A stretch of DNA of 64,000 nt from Callorhinchus milii (GCF_018977255.1 NW_024704742.1:68822001-68886000); one strand, 5' to 3'; shown: positions 51,343 through 64,000, counted from the stretch's first letter. Notes: generated by a model from the sequence alone, not told the origin. A program made the numbers and translations.

Positions 51343-52507
51343 GCGCTATATCAAATGCAAGGATTATTATTATTATTATTGATTGAAAACAATCAACACT
51401 TTTATTGGAATGGTCAGCATCAGTCTCGAGATGTTCCTGCAACACATTTGGAATTTGCATTCAACAACAACAGCAATAACAACAACAACTTGGATTTATA
51501 TAGCACCCTCCATGCTGGACGGCGTCTCAGAACGCAATACCTGGAATGAAGGGGTTCTAACTATAAGGATTTAGCTGTAGATTTGGGTTGCCAAGCTGAA
51601 GGGTATCCAACCCAGACAGAGAGTTTCATATATGTCTGACCTGTCAGTACTTTGGTTTGCAAGATTAACAGAAGCCAAGTGGAAAGAAGCCTCCAGTGAC
51701 CATTCTGCCCATCCAAGTCTGCCACAGAGGGTGGTCTTGATTGCAACATTCTGTTGCCAAGCATGTTACTTTGGAGTAAACTCAATCCCAGGGACACCCC
51801 ACTTCCTAAGGAGAATAGTGAGGTGGTGTGTATGTGTGGGTGGGTGTATGTGTGATGTGTGTATGTGTGTGTCTCCCTTCTCAAAGCCAGCCCACCCCTA
51901 TCATCCCCCCACCCCCACTCCACCTTGTAAGTACCTGACAAGCACTTTATTTACTGTATTTTCCATAAACCAGATGTGAGCACCAGCTTGATAGACTGAT
52001 GTGATGGATACTGGCAGCCAGTCAGGAGGTATTAGGTGGAACAATTCCTCCCAGTTGTTCTGCCAGTCAGTCCTAGACTGTGTTACAGTTTCACTTTGAA
52101 TCTTAACGATAACTACATTCTTGCCAAATTGTAATTAGAGGCACTTGCAAAAACTCCATCTGTCGTTTTAAACAGATGTGGACAGGAGCAAATGACAGCT
52201 TCCACTCCAGTGCAGGTATCACCTAAACAGTAGACAGGTGGGAATCTACTTGGATTGTCAGTGACCATTGGAGCACATCAGGATGGTGTCAAGGGAGCAG
52301 AGGCAAAAAAATCACTGGTGAATAAAGGATTCATCAATGAGAAATTACACAATGTAATTTTTAAAATTTAAGATAACAATAATCTTTCCATTTGATCTAG
52401 GCATTAATCTATGTCATTGTTCAGTTCTCCAAGTCTGCAGAAAGGGCGCTATATAATATAAATGCAAGTTGCTCTTGTTGAATAAGTTGTCAATACCTTC
52501 TATAGAT

Positions 52508-52850
52508 CATAATAATCTTTGCATTTAATATAGCACCTTACCAAGTTGTTGAAAAAGGATATATTGAAAAGTGAATTGACTATGTATTTTGTGGGCGAAA
52601 CGGGGCAGCCAATTGTACACAGGAATGTCCCACAAACAGCCAGGGATTGAGTCCCCAATTTTTTGGAGGGATGGGAAGGGATTATTACCCTTGGAAAGCA
52701 ATCCGCAAATCGACTAACAATCAGGTTCCTACTTACTGTGAAGTAAACAGAGGCATATGGAGTAAGGAAACTTGCCTCAGGTTTTGCTCTGCCCGGGAAT
52801 CGAACTGGGTCATCTCACTTGTGAGATGATTGCACTAATCACTACACTAC
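52508..52850 (-). mobile_element. SINE family A, enclosed by an inverted duplication
   Basis: Reverse-complement match. Confidence 0.87.
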
Positions 52851-54894
52851 AATAAGGCGCTCTATCTAATGCAAGGATTATTATTATTTAAAATAATAAG
52901 TTCCTGTCTATAGAAAGTATTGACAACTTATTCAACAACAGCATCTTACTTTTATATTATATAGCACCCGTCACGCAGACTTGGAGAACTGAACAATGAC
53001 GTAGCTTAATGCCTGGAGGCATTTATACAAACAGAAAGGATACAAGACAATTTAAATTTATGCAATGTTGTTTGATTCAGGAGTTTGTCTCAAAGCTTCA
53101 CACAGCTGACTGGGCATCCAAGATGAATGGGGGAAGCTGAGGAGGGTTGGAGGTGGGAAATGATCGAAAGTATGGTCAAAGAGTCAGATCTGATTAATTA
53201 TAATAATAATCCTTGCTTTTGGTATAGCACCTTTCAAATCAGGAGACTCAAAGCGCTTCACAGAATTTACTGTATAGTGCAGTGATTATGTGTTTGGGCG
53301 AGTTGAAGGGATTCTGAGAGGACGTTACAGAGAGCAGGGCAGAATGGGCGGAATCTCATTTGCTGATGTTGGGGCAGCTAGAAGGGGGACATGAAGAAGG
53401 CCACTGAGTGGAGGGAGTGGCCGGGTCAGTAGGGTTGCAGAAGGGCAGCGAGGTTGAGTCGAATGGCCTCCTTCTTTATGGAAAGTATCTCTGTCCCTAC
53501 GTTTGTACGTGTGTCAGTTGTGGCTGGTTAATTTGTAACCAAATTCCCACAGTAGTGTGAAATATCCAATTAAGCAGCCCCAGGTTGATGCTACTTTTGT
53601 ACAATCCCTTGATGCAGTTTAATCAAAAGAAGGAGCCCAACAGTTATGATTTTCAGGGGAAAAAATCTTCTTGATCTGCGTTGCAAGAAAGGGCAATGAT
53701 GCCTGCAGTTGTGTATGTAACAGCAAATTAATACTTATGCAAGAATAGTAAAAGTTTGCATACACACTCAGTAAAAATCAGTGAGTGCCATATTAAACGA
53801 TGCTTTGGGGTGAGTTTAATAATATAGTAATAATAAAACTTGCATTTAATGTAGCACCTTATCACGTCTTTGAGACGTCTCAAAGCACTTCACAGAATAG
53901 ACTATAATGTAAATTCACTGCATATATTGTGGATAAAACGTGGCAGCCAATTGTGACCAGCAGTTTCCAACAAACAGTCATCGATTCAGTGACCACATTT
54001 TTTTTTTTAGTTTTTTTTAATATGGACACTCGGAAAATAATGTCACTTTAAGGTCCAAATTGTCACTTACACAACTTGCATTTATATAGCACCCTTCACC
54101 ATCGCAGGTTGGCATCTCGGAGCGCTTACGATGCTATAAAATATTAATCCTTATAATAAACCTTGCTTTGGATACAGCGCTTTGTCAAATTGTTATAGCG
54201 CCCTATCATGTCACTAGCATCTTGGGACGTCCTCCCGACATGAAAGGTGCTACACAAATATAATTTTGTTGTTGTTATTGTTGTCATTGAGATGCCTCAA
54301 AGTGCTTCATAGAATATTTTATAAGTGGGTTGACTGTGTATTTTGTGGGCGAAATGCAGCAGCCAATTGCACATAGCAGTGTCACCCAAATAGTTGTGGA
54401 TTGACCAATATAAATTTTTTAAAAATTAAGGGAATATTACTCTCGGAAAGTCAATCAACTAGCAACCAGTTCTTACTTATTGTTAGGTAAACAGAGGCAT
54501 ATGGAGTAAGGAAACTTGCCTAATGTTTCACCATGCCCGGGAATCAAACCTAAGTCCTCTCGCTTGCGAGGTGAGTGTGATAACCACTAAACTACAGGAC
54601 TGAAACAGGAAGCTAAAAATACCACCTCCTAGAAAGCTGAGGTACAGGAGCTGTTGCCTTCTTGTGTCTTTTCTGAGCCCCAATGTAAATTATCTCATTT
54701 TCCTCCAGGTGTGTGAGTGGGGGAGAAAAGTAAGTTGTGTCTCTATGAGGCTAAAGGTGAATTACGTGGCAAGTGAATGTCGCAATCCAGTTAAGCCTCT
54801 GTGGCGGTCTTGGTATTCCAGTTCCTGAGCCAGTCAGGTCTGCAGTGCTCTCCAGCCCCGTTCTTTGGAATTCCATCCCACAATCTCAATAACC

Positions 54895-55137
54895 TCCTCT
54901 ACGACCGAGCCTTTTTCTCTTTGACCGAGCCTTCAGCTCCCCTCTCGACTCTCTTCCCCCTCCTCGCTCCCTCCCTTCCCTCCCCTCACCCTGACCATTT
55001 CCCACCTCCTCGCTCCCTCCCTTCCCTCCCCTCACCCTGACCATTTCCCTGCTCGGGTCCTGACCCAACTGTGCAGCGCCTTGGGACGTCCTCCTGACGT
55101 GAAAGGCGCTTTATAAATGGAATCTTGTTGTTGTTGT
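54895..55137 (+). mobile_element. Young L2 3' UTR/tail with a ~46-bp internal tandem duplication
   Basis: CCTCCTCGCTCCCTCCCTTCCCTCCCCTCACCCTGACCATTTCCC twice; stem-loop; (TTG)n. Confidence 0.9.
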
Positions 55138-55774
55138 ATGACAGTACCTTTGGTCAGCTAATGCTGCTGCATTTCGCCCACAAAATACACAGTCATTACG
55201 GATCACAGTATATCCAGGGAATTGCTTTGTGACTTTCGGCTGATGTGAAAAACGTGAAACCAGAGGCAAAGATTATTTTACTATTTTTATATTCTACCCA
55301 AAATGAAAGCTCTCTGAGATGAAGGCAGGTTGAGCAATCTGAGTCTTTGTCAGAAGCTGAAAGACCTGCAATGAATCCCCAACATTTTTAGCTGCTGTTT
55401 CCAATGTTTCACATTCTTTCGTTTTATCTCTGCCAGAACATAGAGTGATCCTTTCAGCTAACTGTGTTTCTTTCCTTTGATTCCATTCACACAGACTACA
55501 TTAAAGAGACTGCCTTGGAATCCATCCTGATTAACATCTTTTTGCTTAAGATAAAATAAGAATATTTGCTTTTGATATAAAGTCCAGACATCTTAAAGTG
55601 CGGAGTGACTATTTTTGCAGGCAAACGCAAAAGCTAATTTGCACCCAGGAATATCTCACAAGGGGCCGAGAATGATCAATTTTATCTGTGGGATTGTTGA
55701 GCAGGACACCAGGAGAAAATCCCTTCTTATTTTGAGTTGTGCTACGGGATCCTTTAATGTCCGCCTGATCAGGC

Positions 55775-56040
55775 ACTGTATAATGTGTGAGCAAAACACG
55801 GCAGTCAACTGTACACAGCAGTATCCCACAAATGTGTAGTATTATTTTTATTTGAAGGTATTATTATCCCCGTAAAGCGATCCGCCAATCGACTCACAAC
55901 TGGGTTTCTACTCACTGGGAGGTAAACAGAAGCGTGTAGAGTAAGAAAACTTGCCTAAGGTTTCGCTCTAGTCGGGAATCGAACCCGGGTCCTCTCGGTC
56001 TCTTGCAAAGCGAGTGCTCTAGCCAATACACTACAGGACA
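55775..56040 (-). mobile_element. SINE family A
   Basis: Reverse-complement match. Confidence 0.87.
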
Positions 56041-56223
56041 ACACAGCAAGAACATTTGTTTCGGTTTTACAGCTCTTGAAGATTGAAGGAATATAAATCC
56101 TGAACCCCCTTTTAGACTCAGTGAGGTAGTCTCCAACACTCAGTGAGGTAGTCTCTAACACACATACACGCACACAGCTGACATTCTTGTTAATGATTCA
56201 GTCAGTTCAGGTATTCAGAGTAA

Positions 56224-56590
56224 TGTAACGCATCCCAGTATAAAAAAAGGCACGAGATAATAATAATAATCTGGGATTCACAAGTACATACAGACAGGAC
56301 AATCAGCTCAACAGACTCAAAATTACCATAAAAAATCAGTTATATTATACATTGTGTACTATTATGTGGCTATCCCAAGTGATTACAAGGTGAGAAATAA
56401 GGAACTAGAGAAGATGAGGAAATATATTGATCTACAAATTAAATGTGGATGTATCTAGCAATGTAAAACAAACATAGTTCCGAAAATCATTGGTGCAACT
56501 GGGACTGTTAATAAGACTGTTCAAAAATAGCTTGAGAATATACCTATCAACATCCTGCAACATGTAGCTAGTTTAGGAAGCTCAAATATA
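56224..56590 (+). mobile_element. Decayed R4/Dong-like non-LTR retrotransposon, restriction-like endonuclease domain
   Basis: CNASQYKKRHE / IWDSQVHTDRTIS / YVAIPSDYKVRNKELEKMRKYIDLQI..I*QCKTNIVPKIIGATGTV..LQHVASLGS follows the RHD..WD..TD..(RPD)..DVAIP..EK..KY.DL..VP.IIGA.G..LQ...LLG layout. Confidence 0.82.
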
Positions 56591-56648
56591 ATAATAATCC
56601 TTGCATTTGATACGGCACCTTATCACATCTTCGAGAAGTCTCAAAGCG

Positions 56649-56984
56649 GAGTCCTGAGACTTCGTGGAGTCCTGTAGCTCAGTGGTTAGAGCATTCGCTT
56701 TGCAAACGAGAGACCTGAGTTCAATTCCAGGCAGGGCGAAACCTTGGGCAAGTTTCCTTACTCCGCACGCCTAATAATAATCCCTCCAAAAAAAACAATA
56801 ATAAATTGGTCACTTTCAATCCACGACTGTTTGTGGGACATTGCTGTGCGCAATTGGCTGCCGCGTTCGCCCACAAATATACAGTTAATTCACGTTACAG
56901 TGTGTTCTGTGAAAAGCACTATATCAAATATATCGATATATATCAAATATATATATATCAAATGCAAGGATTATTATTATTATT
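56649..56984 (+). mobile_element. SINE family A, young short subfamily, nested in a minus-strand family A copy (56590-57284)
   Basis: Complete tRNA-Ala head from 56666; AAAGCG duplicated at 56643-56648 and 56985-56990. Confidence 0.92.
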
Positions 56985-57939
56985 AAAGCGCTTCACAGAA
57001 TATACTGTGAAGTGAATTGACTGTATATTTTGTGGGCAAAATGTGGCAGCCAATTACACACAGTAGTGTCCCACAAACAGTCATGGATTGAGTGACCACA
57101 TTTTTTTTGAAGGGATTATTACCCCCGGAAGGTAATCCCTCAATCGATTATCAACTGGGTTCCTGCTTATTGCAGAGATATGTGGAGTAAGGAAACTTGC
57201 CTACGCTTTTGCCCTGCCCTGGAATCAAACCAGGCCCTCTCGTTTGCAAGGCTGGTGCTCTAACCGATACGCTACAGGACTCCACAAAATAATAATAATC
57301 CTTGTATATGATGCAGCGCATTATCACCTTGTCAAAATGCCTCAATCTGCATCACAGAATAGGCCAACACGTGGAGTGACTCGTGGGCAAAATTATGTTA
57401 ACTGCTCATACAAATGCTCTAAAGATGGGGTGCAAATTCTGTCTCTATAATCCAGGACTAACAAATGTAAGCCCGGGTCAGAGGAGTGGTGCTGGCAAGC
57501 AACAGGCCTTGCAATAAAAGGTAAGTTAATTCCCTTTATGGAACAGCTTGAAACATAACATTGTGTGCTTTGGTTTCGCCCTCCCTGCTGTTCAGTTCTT
57601 GTTGGCTCGTACAGTATTACAGTTGACAAGTTCCCAATGCCTGCCTAACCTCCTCTGATCATCTATTGAAAGCTCCACAGTGGCTGTGTCGCTGCACTGG
57701 GAATGCTTCCCCAACTTTACATGTGGTTTGAAGTTAGAGGTTCCTTATGTGTCAGGCATGGAATACTCCTAATAGTAATAACCCTTGCATCTGATATAGT
57801 TTCTTATCACATTATTGAGACATTTCGCAGCGCTTCAAAGAATATATCGGGAAGTGAATTGACTGTATATTTTAAGGGGGAAACCCATTGTTGTTGGGAC
57901 TCTGGTTTCCTCTGGTTACCGACCCACTCGCCTGAGGAA

Positions 57940-58203
57940 ACAGTAAACAGATTTAAGATAATTGACAAAAGAACCAGAGGGGAAACAACTAGAATTGTTG
58001 TTATGTTCTGGAATGCACTGTCTGAAAGGGTGGTGGTAGCAGATTCGATAGTAGCTTTCAAAAGGAAATTAGATAATTGCTTGAAAAGGAAGCATTTGCA
58101 GGGAGCAGAACAAATTGGGTAGTTCTTTCAAAGAGCCGGCACAGGCACAATGGGCCAAATGGCCTCCTTTTGTGCTGTATAATTCTATGATTCTATGATT
58201 CTA
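57940..58203 (+). mobile_element. CR1 LINE 3' end with (ATTCTATG)n terminus
   Basis: RIVVMFWNALSERVVVADSIVAFKRKLD; canonical CR1 octamer tail. Confidence 0.9.
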
Positions 58204-58974
58204 ACAGCCATGGAGTGAATGACCATTTCTATCTAGGGGATTGCTGGCCAGGACAATCAGAAAAACTCCCTTCTCTTTTGAAAATTGTGCTATGGGATCT
58301 TTTTTTCGTCCACCTGCACAGGCACCTCTGTTTAATGTCTCCTCCGAAGGATAGCATCTCCGATAATGCAATGCTCCTACCAGTACAGTACTGGAGCGTC
58401 AACCTATACCATGGGTTTCAAGTCCTGATTCGGACGCACTGTGCAGTTCTTGAAAGAAATTTAGAGTAAAAAAATCCTTCAAAATGTGCCAACTTTCTGT
58501 CCATGTCTGAAGTCCTCTCTGCTCTCCTCTTTTGCTCTCCTCTCTGCTCTGCGGTGAGTTTGCTGATATCATTCTAGGTGAGAGTACAATACCATGATTG
58601 GATTTATCTCCAGCCTCAGGAAGGAAAGAATATCAGTGAACATTCCTATTCTTGAGATCTGAAATTTCAAGTGGTCTTAACTTCAAGAGCAATGAATTCC
58701 AATTTAAGATTGTGCAAACACAGAGAAAAGTCTTACTTTAGAAGTTATTTTTCAGCCGCTCTTCAAAAGAAAACAGCGTCCAAATTAGGATTCAATTTAC
58801 ATTTATTTTTTGGTCATGCCTCCAAATTTTGGAACTCTCTCCCTCTACTTTGCCCCTCCTTCCCCTATTTCAGATAACACCTGAAGACCTTCCTCTTCGA
58901 CTGTGCTTACAGTCACCTCCCCACTCCCCTGGCTCGACGTGAGATTCTGCCGCTGTTAAGTGCTCCAAAGCCTA

Positions 58975-59475
58975 CGTTGTTAGCCAGGTGTCTGACACAT
59001 GGAGATCCCAACACCTAAATTTCATGCATTCCACATACTTTGAAAATCCTGTGTTTTGGAATGGAATGCTCTCCCCCTGGATGTATGCACCCTCCTTACC
59101 TTACCAGAGAGTATTAGGCACAGGTTGGCAATAGGAAAGGCTCGGGGACCCCGGAGTGTGCAGTGAGGTGTATGGGGAGTTTAACCAGCCAAAACACATA
59201 GCTTGCTATTGGAAAACATTGTTTGGCAAGCTTCTCACTGCTTGTCCAGCTCGGACCACCCTACCCGTTACAGCTTTAGCTTGCAGGGTTAACAGGAGCT
59301 GAGTGGGAAGATATCCTGGCATGGTGACTGGTCTGCCCTTCCAAATTCATAAGTAGCCTAGGCATGCTGTCGTCAGCTGTATCCCAGAGTACTGCGAACC
59401 CATACAGCTAGAAACTGGACTACCAAGAGTGACCGCCACAGAAGGTGGACTCAATTCTGACATACCATTGCCGTG
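58975..59475 (+). mobile_element. Unclassified element X, near full length
   Basis: AGCCAGGTGTCTGACA start to TTCTGACATACCATTGCC end. Confidence 0.85.
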
Positions 59476-60705
59476 CAAGTCATCTTTAGCTCCAAGGAGA
59501 CCTGACCCCCAAATGGTCTTACAGGCTAAGACTAGATGAAATTGTGGGTCTTAGGTAGAGGAAGAAGAAGGAAAAGATAAAGGGAGAAAATTGTCAAAAG
59601 GAACAACAATTCCTCCATCCTTCAGATGAGAAGTTAAGCTAAGCCTCCATCTGCCCATCCAGATGGTCATTAAAGATCCCATGGAACTATTCAAAAAGAG
59701 AATTTCCCCCAGTGTCCTGGCCAAACCCCACAATCCCTTACTTGATGGGTAGTTTGTTTGACATTGCTGTGCAGTATTATTATTATTAAAAAATTGGCTG
59801 CTGCATTTGTCCACAAAATACACAGTCACACTGGTTTGCAGTGTATCCTGTGAAGCGCTTTGGGATGTCTCTAAGATGTGATAAGAAGTTATACTAAATG
59901 CAAGGATTATTGTTATTAATGCATCTATGAGATTGCAATTGATTTAATGCTACCATTTGTTTCCAGTACAAATTGTTAAGGTCATGGTCAAAAAAAATTC
60001 AGATTAAAGCAAATCGTGAGACGGACCTTCTAATAGCCAAGAGGCGAAATGATCAATTTATCTTTGGGTGATGGTCAGCTAAGACATCGTCAGAAATGTC
60101 TATCTCTTCTCATGGGATCTTTAACGTCCACCTGAACAGATAGGCGGGACCTTAGTCCTTTTGCTATGTGCAAAATTGGCTTGCGCGTCTGCCTACAAAT
60201 ACACAGTGATTGCAAAAAAACATGAAAAATGTGTTTTATCAAATACAAGGATTAATATTGTTATTGGCAGGATGGATTGTGAGTCTGGTTATGTGCCAAC
60301 CCTACAGGCCAAAGGGATAGGGTAGTCCTAGCTGGATATTCTCAGTTCAGGTCAGACCAGTGCTCTCAGAACCTCTGGACGCTGTGCAAGATATCAAGCA
60401 TCCAATCATTCCTGCTATTTAGCCGGATCACACGCATCGGCAGCTGTGAGCTGAGAAGCAGCGATCTATCAGATCAGAGCTGTTCATGCCTGTAGCAAAT
60501 CATTCACTTTCAAATCTCTTTGCAGCGAAACGTCAGACAGCTTCGGGTGCTCAGTCTTCTATTCAAATGTAAAATGATCTCCAAAGATCAACAATTAAAG
60601 GCCAGGTTCCCACTCTCCTTGTTGCCTCTAAGCACTTCATAGAGAGCGAGTATCATGACATGACTCATTATTTGCCCACCTGAAGTCCAATTAACTCCTG
60701 TGAAT

Positions 60706-61035
60706 CACATGTGGAGTACTGTGTCCAGTTCTGGTCTCCATACTATAAGAAGCAGCAATGCGTAGGTTTATGAGCATGATATGGCAGGTTGTTGCTATTA
60801 GGATTGACTGGATAGGTTAGACCTTTTTTTGCGAGAGATGAGTCATTTAAAGGGGGGACTTAATAGAAGTGTTGAAAATTATACAAGTGTTTGATAAGGT
60901 TAACATAAATAGATTGGGGAATACGTAACCAGGGAGGGAGTAAGGAATGGGTGAAGACTAGTGTGGAGTATAAACACCAACACAGAATGGTTGGGCTGAG
61001 TGGCCTGTTTCCATGTTGTACAGTCTCTGTAAATA
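60706..61035 (+). mobile_element. CR1 LINE fragment
   Basis: HVEYCVQFWSPYYKK and LKGGLNRSVENY (decayed LRGDLIEVYKI region), then 3' UTR. Confidence 0.82.
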
Positions 61036-61971
61036 TTGAAATCTGTTTCCTGACTACAGGTTGTCAGTGCCTTGGTTGGAAATCATTGGCAACCACATTC
61101 TTCCTAGTCCTAGCCCATCACACCGTTGTGCCTCAAGCTATAATCATATAAGGCAGTGTAGAATTCTGGCACATTTCAGCTGGAATTTGGAAGCGTGGTA
61201 TTCATCAGTTCTTGACTAATTCCAGAGGTCTTAAGGGGGGAGTTGCAGACAGAGAGAAAGAGGGTGATATGGAAGGATTGTGGTCCCAGAGGTTAGAAGT
61301 GTAGACTTGGTAAGCTTGAGCACCGATGGTGGGGTGGGTAGGGTGAAGGGACGTGCAGAAGGCTGATTGGAGTGGACAAGCAGAGAAGTGGGGTAGGAGG
61401 AGAGATAGGGAGATACTATGGCATGAAAGGATTTGTAGGTGAGGGTGAGGACTTTGAAATCGATCCGCCGAGAGTTTGGCAAGGACTGAAATGTTTAAGG
61501 GGAAACAGGGAGTGTGAAAAGGCAATACATAAATCTTTCTCATCAGGAATGCTACCCCAGTGCTGGCAAGGGAATTTATGGAGGTGTGCTTGTTTTGATA
61601 TTCATGAATAATTTAGTTTTTCCAGGGGTATAAAATTCATTGCAATCTTAGGTTGTAAATTAACGCCTAGCTGTTCTATAGATTTCTGATGCTGCAAGTA
61701 CATTTTTGCAGCTGCAGTGGGCAATGAATCAGGGAAACATATGTCAGCCGCTTTGCTGTAAATATTAGAAAGAGGTCCCGGTAGGCAGGGAAATGAATCT
61801 CACGAGTGCATTGAATTAACGCTCCACCATTAAGTGCCCTGGTCAACAAATTATCTGGATAAAAAAAATTGTTTGTAGCTGTTTGTGGAACATTGCTGTT
61901 TGTGCACAAATTGGATTACAAATACACAGTCACTACACTTCACCGATAAATCCTGTGAAGTGGTTTGATTT

Positions 61972-62500
61972 ATTTGGTCATCTGCGTGTCTAACACATGT
62001 GGAAACCTAACACCATGCTTAAGAATATGCAAACACTGCGATTTCCATGCATCCCACCTACACATGGAAATTCCAAAGTTAAGATTGTTGGAATGCACAC
62101 TCTCTCCCAGGAGCGACGCATCCTGTTTATCTAATTTCGGAACGTAACAGTATTTTCTCTTCAACCGTGCCTTCAGCTCCCCTCTCGACTCTCTACGCCC
62201 TCCTCGCTCCCTCCCTTCCCTCACCCTGACCATATCCCCGCTGTTCGGGTCCCGACCCAACTGTACAGCGCCTTGGAATGTCCTCCCGACGTGAAAGGCG
62301 CTCTATAAATGCAATGCTGTTGTTGTTGTTGTTGTTGTAGGAGCAGGTTGGCAAGAGTCAAGGCTTTGGGACTCCAAAGTGTGTGTTGGGGAAACTGCTG
62401 GAGTCTAAACTGCTAAAACAGCGTACCTTACCATTGATAGTACTGTTGGGCAAACGTTTCTGCTGCTTGTCCAGCTAGGACCGCCCTACCCATTAGAGCT
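61972..62500 (+). mobile_element. Element X interrupted by a young L2 3' end (62153-62338)
   Basis: X resumes at TAGGAGCAGGTTGGCAAGAG. Confidence 0.85.
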
Positions 62501-62544
62501 TGAAGTCATTTGAGACATCTTTACACTATTATATCATTACTATT

Positions 62545-62853
62545 ATGGCCACACAGGGAACGGCGGCAGGACAGCGCGGGGAGGAGCCTGGACCTACCCA
62601 CCCAGGTATTTAAGCTCGAGGCGCAGTGCAGCTCGGGGGGTCTGTGGGGGCGGAGCGGGGGAACCGCTGACGTCATAGTTTAGTTTTCAGGAGTGTGCGC
62701 TCGCAAAAAAAAAAAACCTCTGCGCCTCCCCCACCCCCCCCCAGGGCTCACATCAGGGCCCACCATGGTCCTGTTGGGTTGGCTGCCCCAGCCCCAGCCT
62801 ATGGGCTAATGCCATCCACCTGACCGCTCGCTCCTGGTCCCCGCGTGCGCACT
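62545..62853 (+). promoter_or_regulatory. CpG-rich putative L2 5' UTR / internal promoter
   Basis: Abrupt GC/CpG rise; TATTTAA 62607-62613, GGGGCGG 62647-62653, CRE TGACGTCA 62668-62675, short uORF from CCACCATGG (ATG 62765). Confidence 0.55.
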
Positions 62854-64000
62854 ATGGCTGCCGCTTTGACACGAGGCCCTCACCCCCTCGCTCCCTCCTC
62901 CCTCCTCTCTACCCCCAAACCTCACCCCTCTGCATCTCTCCCGCTCTGTCCTCCTCTCTCTCCGTCACTCTCACCTTCTATCCCCACTTGACCCTCCCAC
63001 AACCTCCCTCTGTCCAGCCTGGGAATCCTCCGCCCGGCTCACCGTGGCACTCGGCGTTGGCTGTCCAGCAGCAGCCACACCGACTGCCCCATTCCCCACC
63101 ACACTCGCCACCCACCCCGGACACAGACCCGGGAAGCCAACCTCTCCTCCCTCATCCCCATTCCCTCCACCCCTGCCTCACAACCTGGAACCCCCTCTCT
63201 CCCCACACACCCTTCTGTCAACCGCTCCCTCCACATCGGACTGCAAAACGTCCGCTCCCTCTGTAACAAGGCCCTGGTCATCAACGATCTCATCCTTGAT
63301 GAGAGCGTTGACATCATGGCCTTAACGGAAACCTGGCTCACCCCAGGCGACACCTTCCCCCTCACGGAGGCCACACCACCCGGCTACACCTCCCACCACA
63401 TCCCTCGCCCCAACCGCCGTGGCGGTGGTGTAGCCCTTATCTCAAGGACACCACTTGCCCTATCCCCCTACTCCTCTGGCTCTTTCCCCTCTTTCGAGCA
63501 CCTCACCCTCTCCCACCCCTCCTTCCTCTCACTCAAAATCCTCCTCCTCTACCGGCCCCTAAAACCTCTCCCACCTTCATCTCCGATATTTCGACACTTC
63601 TTACATCTCTCTGCCTCTGCTCTGATCGCCTCATCATCCTGGGCGACTTCAACCTGCACTTCACCCCCTCCTGCTCCATCTCCTCAGACTTCTCTTCCCT
63701 GCTCTCCTCGCTCAACCTCTCCCTCCACATCAACTCCCCCACTCACAGTCACGGCCATCCACTCGACTTGGTGATTACCCGGGTCCTCAGTGTCTCGGAT
63801 GTCACTATCACCGACAAGGCCGTCTCCGAGCAACACTAAATCTCCTTCACCGCCTCCACCCCCCTCCCCACCTCCACCAGACCCACCACCATCTTCTACC
63901 GCCCCTGGAAGAAGTTACCCCCACAATCCCTAACTGCTGCCTTGGAGTCCTTTGAACTCCTCTCCCTCTGGCCTTCAACCCTCTTCTCCTCTCACTCTCC
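62854..64000 (+). mobile_element. L2 LINE ORF N-terminus and AP endonuclease domain (disrupted), continues beyond the window
   Basis: Frame from ATG 62854 with one TGA at 62989: LGILRPAHRGTR..IGLQNVRSLCNK..MALTETWL..PPGY..RRGGGVAL; frameshift near 63560-63600; LGDFNLH, PTHSHGHPLDLV. Confidence 0.93.

Noticed and set aside
54709..54718. CAG|GTGT|GTGAGT 4-nt exon
   Set aside because: No supporting context; expected by chance in 64 kb
56116..56159. TGAGGTAGT twice (let-7 5' end)
   Set aside because: A 22-bp tandem duplication; sequence diverges from let-7 after 9 nt and no hairpin is evident
56666..56740. tRNA-Ala(TGC)-like cloverleaf (and similar heads elsewhere)
   Set aside because: Runs directly into SINE body with no Pol III terminator; a SINE head, not a tRNA gene

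Overview
Eukaryotic, vertebrate-type non-coding DNA, not a prokaryotic locus: no operons, CRISPR arrays, rRNA or complete protein-coding genes. The repeat repertoire suggests a cartilaginous fish, probably a chimaera such as Callorhinchus (inference from remembered repeat families, not a search). Well over half of the window is retroposon debris: (A) dozens of copies of a tRNA-Ala-headed SINE built as head + CORE-like block + 3' part of the Deu domain + L2-type stem-loop tail ending (ATT)n, with an old long subfamily and a young short one; (B) a DeuSINE-type SINE; (C) L2 LINE fragments, including a 2.2-kb decayed APE+RT copy (49.1-51.3 kb) and a copy with its CpG-rich 5' end running off the window (62.5-64 kb); (D) CR1 fragments; (E) remnants of restriction-like-endonuclease LINEs (56.2-56.6 kb, possibly 32.3-32.5 kb); (F) a Tigger-like MITE; (G) a ~0.55-0.6 kb repeat I cannot classify ('element X', 15 or more copies/fragments). 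Between repeats lie unique AT-rich islands carrying PBX-HOX/MEIS motifs (candidate enhancers), one well-formed 173-nt minus-strand exon candidate (46053-46225) and plus-strand microexon candidates. Five small local inverted/direct duplications are anchored on SINEs. Nearly all ORFs in the supplied track are repeat artefacts. I found no demonstrable new biological system; the best leads are element X, SINE tail-loop switching to match the young L2, and SINE-anchored template switching. Repeat boundaries and identities were read by eye (about +/-20 bp), many short tail fragments are unlisted, and the strand given for element X is an arbitrary convention (+ = TTTTGGTCAG...TTGCCAAA).
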